Assembly: GCA_964242365.1 (NCBI GenBank)
Contig: CAXTCS010000001.1
Location: 1 to 51,627, forward strand
From: an uncultured Hymenobacter sp.
GTDB lineage: Bacteria; Bacteroidota; Bacteroidia; Cytophagales; Hymenobacteraceae
Reading direction: 5' to 3'
Length of the DNA stretch: 51,627 nucleotides
Shown here: one piece after another, positions 38,993-49,509 of the stretch
How positions within the stretch are numbered: the stretch's first letter is position 1
How the letters are laid out: every line of letters begins with the position of its first letter
Notes under the pieces: generated by a model
What the model saw: the letters and a program-made list of their open reading frames with translations, nothing else
The model's database searches: none
Told to the model about the DNA's origin: nothing
Program-made: the position numbers and the translations under genes

Positions 38993-40435
38993 ATGCTGCG
39001 CATCCAGAACTACCTCAACGGCCAGCTCGTGCCGCCCCTGGCCGGCCGTTACCTCGACAACATCGAGCCCGCCACTGGCCAGGTATACAGCCAACTACCC
39101 GATTCCGGGCCCGCCGACGTGGCCGCCGCCGTGGCCGCCGCCGAAGCTGCCCTGCCCGCCTGGCGCGCGCTGCCGGCCGAGGACCGGGGCCGCGTCCTCG
39201 TCAGAATCGCCGACCTGATTGACGCCAACCTGGAGCGCCTGGCCCGCGCCGAAAGCCGGGACAACGGCAAGCCCCTGGCTTTGGCGCGGGTGATGGACAT
39301 TCCGCGCGCGGCTTCCAATTTTCACTTTTTTGGCACCGCCGCCGGGCACTTCGCCACCGAGGCGCACGTGCAGGAAGGCGTGGCCGTGAACTACACCGTG
39401 CGCCACCCCGTGGGCGTGGTGGGCTGCATCTCGCCCTGGAACCTGCCGCTCTACCTCTTCACCTGGAAAATCGCGCCGGCCCTGGCCGTGGGCTGCTGCG
39501 TGGTGGCCAAGCCCTCGGAAATCACGCCGGCCACCGCCTTTTTGCTCAGTGAGCTGTGCCTGGAGGCCGGGCTGCCGCCGGGCGTGCTCAACATCGTTCA
39601 CGGCACCGGGCCGGGCTGCGGGCAGGCCATCGTCGAGCATCCGGGCATCAAGGCCATCAGCTTCACCGGGGGCACGGCCACGGGGCGGCACCTCGCGGCC
39701 ACGGCCGCGCCCATGTTCAAAAAGCTCAGCCTGGAATTGGGCGGCAAAAACCCCAACCTCGTGTTTGCCGACTGCGACCTGGCCGCCGCCGTGGCCACCA
39801 GCATCCGCAGCAGCTTCGCCAATCAGGGCCAGATTTGCCTGTGCGGCTCCCGTATTTTCGTTGAGCGCCCAATTTATGAAGCATTCAAAACCGAATTTCT
39901 TCAGCAATTGAAGCTGCAAAAAGTTGGCGACCCGCTCTTGGCCGATACCAAACAAGGCGCACTGGTGAGCGAAGCCCACTTGAATAAAGTGCTGGCCTAC
40001 ATCAGGCTGGCGCACGACGAAGGCGGCGCGCTGCTGGCCGGCGGCGGCCGCGTCGTGGTGCCCGGCCGCTGCGCCGATGGCTATTTTCTCGAGCCGACGG
40101 TGTTCGAAAACCTGCCGTTTGATTGCCGCACCAACCAGGAAGAGATTTTCGGTCCCGTGGTCACCCTCACGCCCTTCGACACCGACGAAGAAGCCCTGGC
40201 CTGGGCCAACAGCACCGATTTCGGCCTGTCGGCCACCATCTGGACGCGCGATTTGTCGCGGGCCCACCGCGTGGCGCACCAGCTGCACAGCGGCATTGTC
40301 TGGATTAATACCTGGCTGCACCGCGACCTGCGCACGCCCTTCGGCGGCATGAAAAACTCCGGCGTGGGCCGCGAAGGCGGCCTGGAAGCGCTGCGGTTTT
40401 TCACCGAGGCCCAGAATGTGTGCGTTAAAATCTGA
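38993..40435 (+). CDS. Aldehyde dehydrogenase, probably 2-aminomuconate 6-semialdehyde dehydrogenase (ALDH8-like)
   Basis: ISPWNLPLYLFTWKIAPA, SFTGGTATG, LELGGKNP, NQGQICLCGSR, EEIFGPV, RDLRTPFGG; kynurenine pathway context. Confidence 0.88.
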   Translation: MLRIQNYLNGQLVPPLAGRYLDNIEPATGQVYSQLPDSGPADVAAAVAAAEAALPAWRALPAEDRGRVLVRIADLIDANLERLARAESRDNGKPLALARVMDIPRAASNFHFFGTAAGHFATEAHVQEGVAVNYTVRHPVGVVGCISPWNLPLYLFTWKIAPALAVGCCVVAKPSEITPATAFLLSELCLEAGLPPGVLNIVHGTGPGCGQAIVEHPGIKAISFTGGTATGRHLAATAAPMFKKLSLELGGKNPNLVFADCDLAAAVATSIRSSFANQGQICLCGSRIFVERPIYEAFKTEFLQQLKLQKVGDPLLADTKQGALVSEAHLNKVLAYIRLAHDEGGALLAGGGRVVVPGRCADGYFLEPTVFENLPFDCRTNQEEIFGPVVTLTPFDTDEEALAWANSTDFGLSATIWTRDLSRAHRVAHQLHSGIVWINTWLHRDLRTPFGGMKNSGVGREGGLEALRFFTEAQNVCVKI

Positions 40436-40452
40436 ACCGCTAAATCCGAGGT

Positions 40453-41037
40453 TCAGACAACGCCCGCGTACACTTCCGCCAGCGGCACCTGGCAGCCGAT
40501 GCGGCTCAAGTCCAGCACGGCGGCCAGGTCGCGGGTTTCGGTGAGCACCCAGCGGCCCAACTCATCCAGGGTGTATAATTCCGCGTGAACGGACTGCGCA
40601 TCCAGCGTCAGGTATTGGCGCAGGCTCGGTACCTGACGGTAGAGCATAAACTTGTCGCTGCGGTCGTAGAGGCTGGTTGAGGGCGAAAGCACTTCCACCA
40701 GCAGCGTCGGGTTCAGCAAGGTATCGGGCTTCTTCTCCTCGTTGAATTCCGGCTTGCCGCAAACCACCGTCAGGTCCGGGTACACAAACGCGCTGCCGCT
40801 CATGATTTGCAGGCGCTGGTCGCTGCCCACCACGGAACAGCCTTTGCCGCGCAATCGACCACGTATTTCGCCGCCAAGATTCATGCAAATAAGGTTGTGC
40901 GCGTACCCGGCCCCGGCCATGGCGCGCACTTCGCCCTGAAAATATTCGTGCTTGAATTCCGCCTCGCGCTCCAGGCGCAGGTAGTCTTCGGGCGAAACGT
41001 AGGCGGCGGGTTCGGTTTGGAAATCGGACTGACCCAT
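40453..41037 (-). CDS. Uma2-family putative endonuclease
   Basis: KHEYFQGEVRAMAG, YPDLTVVC, NPTLLVEVLSPST, DRSDKF. Confidence 0.92.
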   Translation of the reverse strand: MGQSDFQTEPAAYVSPEDYLRLEREAEFKHEYFQGEVRAMAGAGYAHNLICMNLGGEIRGRLRGKGCSVVGSDQRLQIMSGSAFVYPDLTVVCGKPEFNEEKKPDTLLNPTLLVEVLSPSTSLYDRSDKFMLYRQVPSLRQYLTLDAQSVHAELYTLDELGRWVLTETRDLAAVLDLSRIGCQVPLAEVYAGVV

Positions 41038-41063
41038 AATACAGGGAGAATAAGCGAATTACC

Positions 41064-41103
41064 CAAAAGTACGAACGCAACCCCGCCCTTCGCCTTACCT
41101 TTG
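41064..41103. promoter_or_regulatory. Back-to-back -7 promoter elements for Uma2 and the nucleotide-sugar operon
   Basis: TACTTTTG on the minus strand (41064-41071) and TACCTTTG on the plus strand (41096-41103). Confidence 0.55.
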
Positions 41104-41128
41104 CGGGCCGAACCGCCCGCCTGCCCGA

Positions 41129-41761
41129 ATGGCCCACCCTGCCCCCGACTACTACGCCCACCCCACCGCCGTGCTCGACGAGGGCTGCCAGATTGGGCGG
41201 GGCAGCCGCATCTGGCACTTCTGCCACGTGTGCGCCGGGGCCGACATTGGCGAAGCCTGCAACCTGGGCCAAAACGTGTTCGTGGCCGACGGCGTGACCC
41301 TGGGCCGCAACGTGAAAGTGCAGAACAACGTGAGCCTCTACGGCGGCGTGGTCTGCGAAAATGACGTCTTTTTGGGCCCTTCGGTGGTGTTTACCAACGT
41401 GAAAAACCCGCGCAGCGCCGTGCCGCGCAAGGGCAACGGGCAGTACCAAACCACGTACCTCGAACAGGGCGCGACGGTGGGCGCCAACGCCACCATCGTG
41501 TGCGGCGTGCGGCTGGGGCGCTACGCCTTCGTGGGCGCGGGCAGCGTGGTCACGCACGACGTTCCGGCCTACGCCCTCGTATACGGCACGCCCGCCCGCC
41601 CCCAGGGCTGGATGAGCGCCTACGGCCACCGCCTGGCCTTCGACGCCCAGCACCGGGCCACCTGCCCCGAAAGCGGCGAGCACTACGAGCTGAGTGCCGA
41701 CGAGCAATCGGTGCGGCCCCTGACGCCCGGCGCGGCCAAACGGCCCCGGCTGAACTCATAA
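41129..41761 (+). CDS. wbpD: Hexapeptide-repeat N-acetyltransferase, WbpD/WlbB-like
   Basis: [49 protein letters not shown]. Confidence 0.82.
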   Translation: MAHPAPDYYAHPTAVLDEGCQIGRGSRIWHFCHVCAGADIGEACNLGQNVFVADGVTLGRNVKVQNNVSLYGGVVCENDVFLGPSVVFTNVKNPRSAVPRKGNGQYQTTYLEQGATVGANATIVCGVRLGRYAFVGAGSVVTHDVPAYALVYGTPARPQGWMSAYGHRLAFDAQHRATCPESGEHYELSADEQSVRPLTPGAAKRPRLNS

Positions 41762-41785
41762 TTCATAACGCATAACTTATAATTC
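41755..41785. repeat. 7-mer tandem repeat (AATTCAT-like)
   Basis: aactcat aattcat aacgcat aacttat aattc. Confidence 0.6.
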
Positions 41786-41790
41786 CAGCA

Positions 41791-43086
41791 GTGTACGACC
41801 AACTATTGCGCAAAGAGGCCACCCTGGCCGTTATCGGCCTCGGCTACGTGGGCTTGCCCATCGCCCTCGAATTTGCCAAGCAACTCAAGGTAATCGGCTT
41901 CGACATCAACGCCGGCCGCGTGGCCCAGATGAAGCAGGGCATCGACCCCAGCGGCGAGCTCGAAAAGAAGGATTTTGAGGGCTGCGACATCACCTTCACC
42001 GATTCGCTGGAGGTGCTGCGGCAGGCCCAGTTCTACATCGTGGCCGTGCCCACGCCCATCGACGAGCACGCCCAGCCCGACCTCAAGCCCCTGCTCGGCG
42101 CCTCGGCCTCGGTGGGCAAGGTGCTGAAACCCGGCGACTATGTGGTGTTTGAAAGCACGGTGTACCCCGGCTGCACCGAAGAAGACTGCATCCCGGTGAT
42201 GGAGCGGCTGTCGGGCCTGAAATTCCCGGTTGATTTCAAGGTCGGCTACTCGCCCGAGCGCATCAACCCCGGCGACAAAGAGCACACGCTCCGGCGCATC
42301 GTGAAGGTGGTGAGCGGCAACGACGCGGAAGCGCTGGACGTCATCGCCAAGGTGTACGAGCTGGTGGTGGACGCCGGCGTGCACCGCGCCAGCAGCATCC
42401 GGGTGGCCGAGGCCGCCAAAATCATCGAAAACACCCAACGCGACGTCAATATCGCGCTGATGAACGAGCTGTCGATGATTTTCGACCGCATGAGCATCAA
42501 CACCTACGAGGTGCTCGAAGCCGCCGGCACCAAGTGGAACTTCCTGAAGTTTTCGCCCGGCCTGGTGGGCGGCCACTGCATCGGCGTCGACCCGTACTAC
42601 CTGACCTACAAGGCCAAAGAGCTGGGCTACGACGCCAAAGTTATTCTGAGCGGCCGCACCACCAACGACAACATGGGCGCCTACATCGCCCGCAAAACGG
42701 TGCAGATGATGATAAAAAAAGGCAAGGACGTGGCCAAAAGCCGCGTGCTCGTGATGGGCGCCACCTTCAAAGAAAACGTGGAGGACATCCGCAATTCCAA
42801 GGTCGCCGACGTGATTCAGGAGCTGAAAAACTTTTCGGTGAACGTGGACATCGTCGACCCGCACGCCGATTCGGACGAGCTGCACCACGAATACGGCTTC
42901 CGCCTGACCCACAACGACGACGTGCGCACCGACTACGACGCCGTTATCGTGGCCGTGAGCCACCACCCCTACGCCTCCAAGGACGAAGCCTATTTCCAGT
43001 CCATCACCGCCGACAACGCCGTGCTGGTCGACATCAAAGGCCTGTACCGCGGCAAAATGAAAGAACTGCAATACTGGAGCCTTTAG
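41791..43086 (+). CDS. UDP-N-acetylhexosamine 6-dehydrogenase (WbpO/TviB-like)
   Basis: GLGYVGLP, AVPTP, FESTVYPG, YSPERINPGD, ENTQRDVNIA, GGHCIGVDPYY; GTG start. Confidence 0.93.
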   Translation: MYDQLLRKEATLAVIGLGYVGLPIALEFAKQLKVIGFDINAGRVAQMKQGIDPSGELEKKDFEGCDITFTDSLEVLRQAQFYIVAVPTPIDEHAQPDLKPLLGASASVGKVLKPGDYVVFESTVYPGCTEEDCIPVMERLSGLKFPVDFKVGYSPERINPGDKEHTLRRIVKVVSGNDAEALDVIAKVYELVVDAGVHRASSIRVAEAAKIIENTQRDVNIALMNELSMIFDRMSINTYEVLEAAGTKWNFLKFSPGLVGGHCIGVDPYYLTYKAKELGYDAKVILSGRTTNDNMGAYIARKTVQMMIKKGKDVAKSRVLVMGATFKENVEDIRNSKVADVIQELKNFSVNVDIVDPHADSDELHHEYGFRLTHNDDVRTDYDAVIVAVSHHPYASKDEAYFQSITADNAVLVDIKGLYRGKMKELQYWSL

Positions 43087-43203
43087 AGTGACGGAGTGCG
43101 GGAGTGACTGCGTGATGTTCTGATTACCCGAACGTCACTCAGTCACTCCCGCACTCAGTCACTCGACTCAGTCACTCCCTCACTCAGTCACTCACTACTC
43201 ACT
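43087..43203. repeat. 8-mer tandem repeat (CACTCAGT) with an inverted partner
   Basis: agtgacggagtgcgggagtgactg ... cagtcactcccgcactcagtcact, followed by further cactcagt units. Confidence 0.8.
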
Positions 43204-44232
43204 ATGAAAAAGATTCTCGTTACGGGTGGCGCCGGGTACATCGGCTCGCATACGGTGGTCGAGCTGTACCAGGCCGGTTATCAGCCGGTTATCATCGACA
43301 ATTTCAGTAATTCGAAAGAGTCGGCCTTGGCGGGCATCGAATCCATTCTGGGCGTGTCGGTGCCCATCTACCGGATTGACTGCGCCGACGCGGCCGCGCT
43401 CCGCCACGTGTTCGAAACGGAAAAAGACATCCAGGGCGTCATCCACTTCGCGGCCTACAAAGCCGTGGGCGAGTCGGTGGCCAAGCCGCTGGCGTATTTC
43501 CTGAACAACGTGGGCTCGCTGCTGACGCTGCTGGCCGTGATGCCGGAATTTGGCGTGCAAAACCTGGTGTTTTCGTCGTCGTGCACCGTCTACGGCATCC
43601 CCGACGCGTTGCCCGTCACCGAGGCCACGCCCACCAAGCCGGCGTCGTCGCCCTACGGCCGCACCAAGCAGATGTGCGAAGACATCGTGCACGACGTATC
43701 GGCCGCGCCGGGCAACCAGCTGCGCACCATCCTGTTGCGCTACTTCAACCCCATTGGCGCGCACGACTCGGCCAAAATCGGCGAGCTGCCCCTGGGCGTG
43801 CCCAACAACCTGGTGCCGTTCATCACCCAAACGGCGGCCGGCATCCGCGAAAAGCTGACCATCTACGGCAACGACTACGACACGCCCGACGGCACCAACG
43901 TGCGCGACTACATTCACGTAGTAGACCTGGCCAAAGCCCACATCACCGCGGTGCAGCGCTTGCTCGACCGCAAAGCCAACGACACCGTCGAAACCTTCAA
44001 CGTGGGCACCGGGCACGGCAATTCGGTGCTCGAAGTGGTGCAAACCTTCGAGCGGGTGAGCGGCCAGAAACTCAACTACAGCATCGGTCCGCGCCGGCCC
44101 GGCGACGTGCCAGCCATCTACGCCGACGCCACGAAGGCCGCCGAGGTGCTGGGCTTCAAAACCGAAACCTCGCTGGCCGACTCACTGGCCAGCTCCTGGA
44201 AGTGGCAGCAAACGTTGGTCGATAAAAAGTAA
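43204..44232 (+). CDS. galE: UDP-glucose 4-epimerase
   Basis: TGGAGYIGSHT, HFAAYKAVGESV, YGRTK, LRYFNPIGAH, DGTNVRDYIHVVDLA. Confidence 0.96.
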   Translation: MKKILVTGGAGYIGSHTVVELYQAGYQPVIIDNFSNSKESALAGIESILGVSVPIYRIDCADAAALRHVFETEKDIQGVIHFAAYKAVGESVAKPLAYFLNNVGSLLTLLAVMPEFGVQNLVFSSSCTVYGIPDALPVTEATPTKPASSPYGRTKQMCEDIVHDVSAAPGNQLRTILLRYFNPIGAHDSAKIGELPLGVPNNLVPFITQTAAGIREKLTIYGNDYDTPDGTNVRDYIHVVDLAKAHITAVQRLLDRKANDTVETFNVGTGHGNSVLEVVQTFERVSGQKLNYSIGPRRPGDVPAIYADATKAAEVLGFKTETSLADSLASSWKWQQTLVDKK

Positions 44233-44239
44233 CCAGCAC

Positions 44240-44337
44240 GTCATGCCGAGCGCAGCCGAGGCATCTCGCTCGCGCAAGTAACTACAAGTAACTATTTACT
44301 CCTGCACGCGAGATGCCTCGGCTGCGCTCGGCATGAC
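44240..44337. repeat. REP/REPIN-like palindrome with perfect 30 bp inverted arms
   Basis: gtcatgccgagcgcagccgaggcatctcgc (44240-44269) and its exact reverse complement (44308-44337). Confidence 0.9.
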
Positions 44338-44353
44338 AAACGACAAAAACACT

Positions 44354-45406
<1,053 letters not shown>

Positions 45407-45409
45407 TTT

Positions 45410-45510
45410 AATTATGAATTATAAATTATGAGTTATGAATTGGCTGGGGGCCTGAGGGCCATGCCGATACCGTTCACAATTCATAATTCATAATTCAAAA
45501 CTCATAATTC
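45410..45510. repeat. 7-mer tandem repeats (AATTATG / CATAATT) in inverted arrangement
   Basis: aattatgaattataaattatgagttatgaatt ... aattcataattcataattcaaaactcataatt. Confidence 0.8.
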
Positions 45511-45518
45511 AAAGCGAA

Positions 45519-46526
45519 GTGTACGAAACTCCTTTCCACGAGCGGCCGCTCGACAACCTCACGTTTCTCGTCACCGGCGGCGCGGGCTTTATTGGCTCCA
45601 ACATCGTGGAGTATTTGCTGAAATACGGCGTGAAAAAAGTGCGCACGCTGGACAACTACTCCAACGGCTTCCGCAAAAACCTGGCGCTGTTTGCCGGCGA
45701 TGCCCGCCTCGAAATCATGGACGGCGACATCCGCGACGCGGCCACCTGCGCCGCCGCCTGCGCGGGTGTGGACGTGGTGCTGCACGAGGCCGCGCTCGGC
45801 TCGGTGCCGCGCTCCATCAACGACCCGGTGCTGACCAACGACGTGAACGTGGGCGGCTTCGTGCAGATGCTCGCGGCCGCCAAAGACGCGGGCGTGCAGC
45901 GTTTCGTGTACGCGGCCTCGTCCTCCACCTACGGCGACCACCCCGGCCTGCCCAAAGTGGAGGACCGCATCGGCAAGCCGCTCTCGCCCTACGCCGTCAC
46001 CAAATACGCCAACGAGCTGTACGCTGACGTGTTTGCCCGCACCTACGGCATGGAAATCGTGGGCCTGCGCTACTTCAACATCTTCGGCCCGCGCCAGGAC
46101 CCCGGCGGGGCCTACGCGGCCGTGATTCCGCTGTTTATCGACGCCATCCTGCAAAATACGCCGCCCACGCTCAACGGCGACGGCGGCCAGACGCGCGACT
46201 TCACCTTCGTAGAAAACTGCGTCGAAGCCAACATCCGCGCCGCGCTGGTAACGAACCCGGAGGCCCTGGGCCAGGTCTACAACATCGCCGTCGGCGACCG
46301 CACCTCGCTGGTGCAGATGTACGACATCCTGCGCGAGGAAGCCGGCTCGGATTTAGCCCCCGTTTTCGGCCCCGACCGGCCCGGCGACATCCGCGACTCG
46401 CTGGCCGATATTTCCAAAGCCAGCCGCCTGCTCGGCTACCAGCCCCAAATCCGCATCCGCGAAGGGCTGCGGCAGACACTGGCGTGGTTCAAAGCCAACC
46501 AGGAATTTATTCAGGAGCGTAATTAA
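45519..46526 (+). CDS. UDP-N-acetylglucosamine 4-epimerase (WbpP/TviC-like)
   Basis: TGGAGFIGSN, AALGSVPRSI, YAASSSTYGD, YAVTK, LRYFNIFGPRQDP, YAAVIP. Confidence 0.9.
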   Translation: MYETPFHERPLDNLTFLVTGGAGFIGSNIVEYLLKYGVKKVRTLDNYSNGFRKNLALFAGDARLEIMDGDIRDAATCAAACAGVDVVLHEAALGSVPRSINDPVLTNDVNVGGFVQMLAAAKDAGVQRFVYAASSSTYGDHPGLPKVEDRIGKPLSPYAVTKYANELYADVFARTYGMEIVGLRYFNIFGPRQDPGGAYAAVIPLFIDAILQNTPPTLNGDGGQTRDFTFVENCVEANIRAALVTNPEALGQVYNIAVGDRTSLVQMYDILREEAGSDLAPVFGPDRPGDIRDSLADISKASRLLGYQPQIRIREGLRQTLAWFKANQEFIQERN

Positions 46527-46535
46527 TCACCTAAT

Positions 46536-46644
46536 AGCCCGTCATGTCGAGCGCAGCCGAGACATCTCGCGTGCAGCAGTAAACCAATCGATTGAGTTAG
46601 TGACTCCGAGCGAGATGTCTCGGCTGCGCTCGACATGACGGGCT
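46536..46644. repeat. REP/REPIN-like palindrome with perfect 35 bp inverted arms (same family as 44240)
   Basis: agcccgtcatgtcgagcgcagccgagacatctcgc (46536-46570) and its exact reverse complement (46610-46644). Confidence 0.9.
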
Positions 46645-46665
46645 GATTTCCCCCAAACAGCATTT

Positions 46666-47538
46666 ATGAAAGGAATTATCCTCGCCGGCGGCTCCGGCAC
46701 CCGCCTGCACCCGCTGACTTTGGCCGTCTCGAAGCAGCTGATGCCCGTGTACGACAAGCCGATGATTTACTACCCGCTCTCGATTCTGCTGATGGCCGGC
46801 ATTCGGGAAGTGCTGATTATCACCACGCCCCACGACCAGGCGCAGTTCCAGAAGCTGCTCGGCGACGGCAAAAGCCTCGGCTGCGATTTCCAGTACGCCA
46901 TCCAGGAAGTGCCCAACGGCCTGGCGCAGGCCTTCGTAATAGGAGCCGATTTCATTGGCACCGACAAGGTGGCGCTGGTGCTCGGCGACAACATTTTCTA
47001 CGGCGCGGGCCTGGAAGAACTGCTCAAATCGAACAGCAACCCGACCGGCGGCGTCGTGTTTGCCTACCACGTGCTCGACCCCGAGCGCTACGGCGTGGTC
47101 GAGTTCGATGCCAATAAAAAAGCCCTCAGCATCGAGGAAAAACCGGCCAAGCCCAAGAGCAACTACGCCGTGCCCGGCCTGTATTTCTACGACAACGACG
47201 TCATCGAAATCGCCCGAAATCTGGAGCCCAGCCCGCGCGGCGAGTACGAAATCACCGACGTAAACCGCGAGTACCTCAAGCGCGGCACGCTCAAAGTCGG
47301 CATCCTCGGCCGCGGCACCGCCTGGCTCGACACCGGCACCTTCGAGAGCCTGATGCAGGCCGGCGAGTTTGTGAAAGTAATCGAGCAGCGCCAGGGCCTC
47401 AAGGTGGGCGCCATCGAAGAAATAGCTTACCGCCAAGGCTTTATCGATGCTGACCAGCTCCGCGCCATTGCCGCGCCGCTGCGCAAAAGTGGCTACGGCG
47501 ACTACCTCATGAACCTGCCCGAACAGCTTTACATTTAA
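46666..47538 (+). CDS. rfbA: Glucose-1-phosphate thymidylyltransferase
   Basis: [55 protein letters not shown]. Confidence 0.97.
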   Translation: MKGIILAGGSGTRLHPLTLAVSKQLMPVYDKPMIYYPLSILLMAGIREVLIITTPHDQAQFQKLLGDGKSLGCDFQYAIQEVPNGLAQAFVIGADFIGTDKVALVLGDNIFYGAGLEELLKSNSNPTGGVVFAYHVLDPERYGVVEFDANKKALSIEEKPAKPKSNYAVPGLYFYDNDVIEIARNLEPSPRGEYEITDVNREYLKRGTLKVGILGRGTAWLDTGTFESLMQAGEFVKVIEQRQGLKVGAIEEIAYRQGFIDADQLRAIAAPLRKSGYGDYLMNLPEQLYI

Positions 47539-47632
47539 CAATTATCAATTATCAATTATCAATTAACAGTTGTTCTGGCTGCGCAATCTGCGCCAACTGA
47601 ACGGCTGTTAACTGTTAATTGATAATTGTTAA
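47537..47632. repeat. 7-mer tandem repeat (CAATTAT) with inverted arm; possible bidirectional terminator
   Basis: caattatcaattatcaattatcaattaacagtt ... aactgttaattgataattgtt, between convergent genes. Confidence 0.8.
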
Positions 47633-47639
47633 ATGTAAA

Positions 47640-49298
47640 TTACTCGTCCAGGTACTGGTGCACGAACTTGATGGCCATGCTGCCCTCGCCCACGGCCGAG
47701 GCCACGCGGGCCATGGCCCCGGCGCGGCTGTCGCCCGCGGCGAAGATGCCGGGCACGCAGGTTTCGAGCAGGTAGGGCTCCCGCTGCTGCTTCCAGATGT
47801 CGGCGTAGCGCGGGTCCGTGACCAGGTCGCGGCCGGTGAGGAGGTAACCTTTGCCGTCGCAGATGACTTGCTGGCACACCCATTCGGTGCTGGGCTTGGC
47901 ACCGATGAAAACGAATAGCGCACGGGCGGCCCGTCGCTCCACCGCGCCGTTGATGCTCACCATCACGGCTTCGAGGTGGTCGGTGCCGCACACCTCCTTC
48001 ACTTGCGAATGCGGCAGCAGCTCGATGTTCGGCGTGGTGCGAATCTGCTCAATCAGGTAGGCCGACATGCTGGCCGCCAGGTCGGCCCCGCGAATGACGA
48101 TGAACACCTTGCGGGCGTAAGTGGCCAGATACATAGCCGCCTGCCCGGCCGAGTTGCCACCACCCACGATGTACACGTCCTGCTCGTCGCAGCTGCGCGC
48201 CTCGGTGCGGGCCGCCCCATAGTACACGCCCGCGCCGCTGAGGCGGTCCATGCCCGGCACGTCGAGCGTGCGGTAGCTCACGCCGGTGGTCAGCACCACG
48301 GCTTTGGTGCTGATTTCGCGGCCATCGGTGAGGGTCAGAACTTTGTAGCCGTCCTGAACGCAGAGGTTGGTCACTTCCTGCGGGGCCAGAAACTCGGCGC
48401 CGAGGCGCACGGCCTGGGTCCAGGCGCGGTACGAGAGGTCGGCCCCGCTCAGGCCCGTGGGAAAGCCCAGGTAGTTTTCGATGCGCGAGCTGGTGCCGGC
48501 CTGCCCGCCGGGCGTTGCCCGCTCAATAATGAGGGTTTTTAGGCCCTCGCTGGCGCCGTACACGGCCGCCGCCAGCCCGCTGGGCCCGGCCCCCACCACC
48601 ACCACGTCGTACATGGCCTGCAACGGCTGGTTGGCGATGCCCATGTGCTCGGCCAGGGCGGCTTTGGTCGGGTTGGCCACCGCCGTGCCATCGGCGCAGA
48701 TAACCAGGGGCAAATCACTGGCCTCAAAGCCCTTGGCTTTCACCAGCTCCTTGGCTTCGGGGCTGGTTTCGTAGTCCAGCCACTGGTAGCCCACCATGTA
48801 GCCGCTCAAAAAATCCTTGAGCTCGTGCGAGAGCGGCGACCATTGAAAGCCAATCAGCCGGACGCCGCCGTACTTGGGCTTGTGCGTGGCCTGCCAGGCC
48901 GCCAGCAAATCGTGCAGAATGGGGTAGAGCAGGTGCTCGGGCGGGTCCCAGGGCTTCATCAAGTAGTGGTCGAGCCGGGCCGAGTTGATGGCCCGCACGG
49001 CCGCTTCCGTATCGGCATAAGCCGTGAGCAGCACGCGCTTGGTGTCAGGAAACAGCTCGCGCGAGGCCGTGAGAAGCTCCACGCCTTCCAAATCGGGCAT
49101 CCGCTGGTCGGCAATGATAAGGGCCAGCGCCTCCTCTTTGGCTTTCAGCTCCTGAATGGTCGTCAGCGCTTCGGGCCCGGAGCCCACCCGCAGAATGCGG
49201 TAGTCCTGGCTGAATTCCTGGCGCAGGTCGCGGACAATGGCGGCCAGCACCTGCGGGTCGTCGTCGACGGCGAGAATGATGGGTTTTTTTGCAGGCAT
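47640..49298 (-). CDS. Response-regulator receiver fused to a thioredoxin-reductase-like FAD oxidoreductase
   Basis: AVDDD, ADQRMP, MKPW (receiver); GAGPSG, IENYLGFP, GGGNSA, FAAGD (TrxR fold). Confidence 0.92.
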   Translation of the reverse strand: MPAKKPIILAVDDDPQVLAAIVRDLRQEFSQDYRILRVGSGPEALTTIQELKAKEEALALIIADQRMPDLEGVELLTASRELFPDTKRVLLTAYADTEAAVRAINSARLDHYLMKPWDPPEHLLYPILHDLLAAWQATHKPKYGGVRLIGFQWSPLSHELKDFLSGYMVGYQWLDYETSPEAKELVKAKGFEASDLPLVICADGTAVANPTKAALAEHMGIANQPLQAMYDVVVVGAGPSGLAAAVYGASEGLKTLIIERATPGGQAGTSSRIENYLGFPTGLSGADLSYRAWTQAVRLGAEFLAPQEVTNLCVQDGYKVLTLTDGREISTKAVVLTTGVSYRTLDVPGMDRLSGAGVYYGAARTEARSCDEQDVYIVGGGNSAGQAAMYLATYARKVFIVIRGADLAASMSAYLIEQIRTTPNIELLPHSQVKEVCGTDHLEAVMVSINGAVERRAARALFVFIGAKPSTEWVCQQVICDGKGYLLTGRDLVTDPRYADIWKQQREPYLLETCVPGIFAAGDSRAGAMARVASAVGEGSMAIKFVHQYLDE

Positions 49299-49322
49299 AA
49301 GACTAAAATAAAGAACATGAAG

Positions 49323-49509
49323 CTCCCCTCCTTGGCTAAGGAGGGGACGCGGCCACGCAGTGGCCGCTGGGGTGGTTTGATTCGTTGAACGATGCCCGAA
49401 CGATGATTACTGCACTGTTCTGCCAATCGTGCGGGCACCGTGCAACGAGTCAAACCACCCCCGTCCGAGCCTGCGGCTCGAACATCCCCTCCTTAGCCAA
49501 GGAGGGGAG
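49323..49509. repeat. ~190 bp nested palindromic element (REP/MITE-like)
   Basis: 25 bp perfect terminal inverted repeats ctcccctccttggctaaggagggga, each itself palindromic, plus a 36 bp inner inverted repeat with 4 mismatches. Confidence 0.88.

Noticed and set aside
40453-41037. Uma2 endonuclease as a defence or mobility gene for the glycosylation block
   Set aside because: A common stand-alone family; no methylase, integrase or flanking repeats support that role.
46542-46757. 71 aa minus-strand ORF, and the repeated PSLAKEG peptides near 49323-49509
   Set aside because: These are translations of palindromic repeat DNA, not genes.
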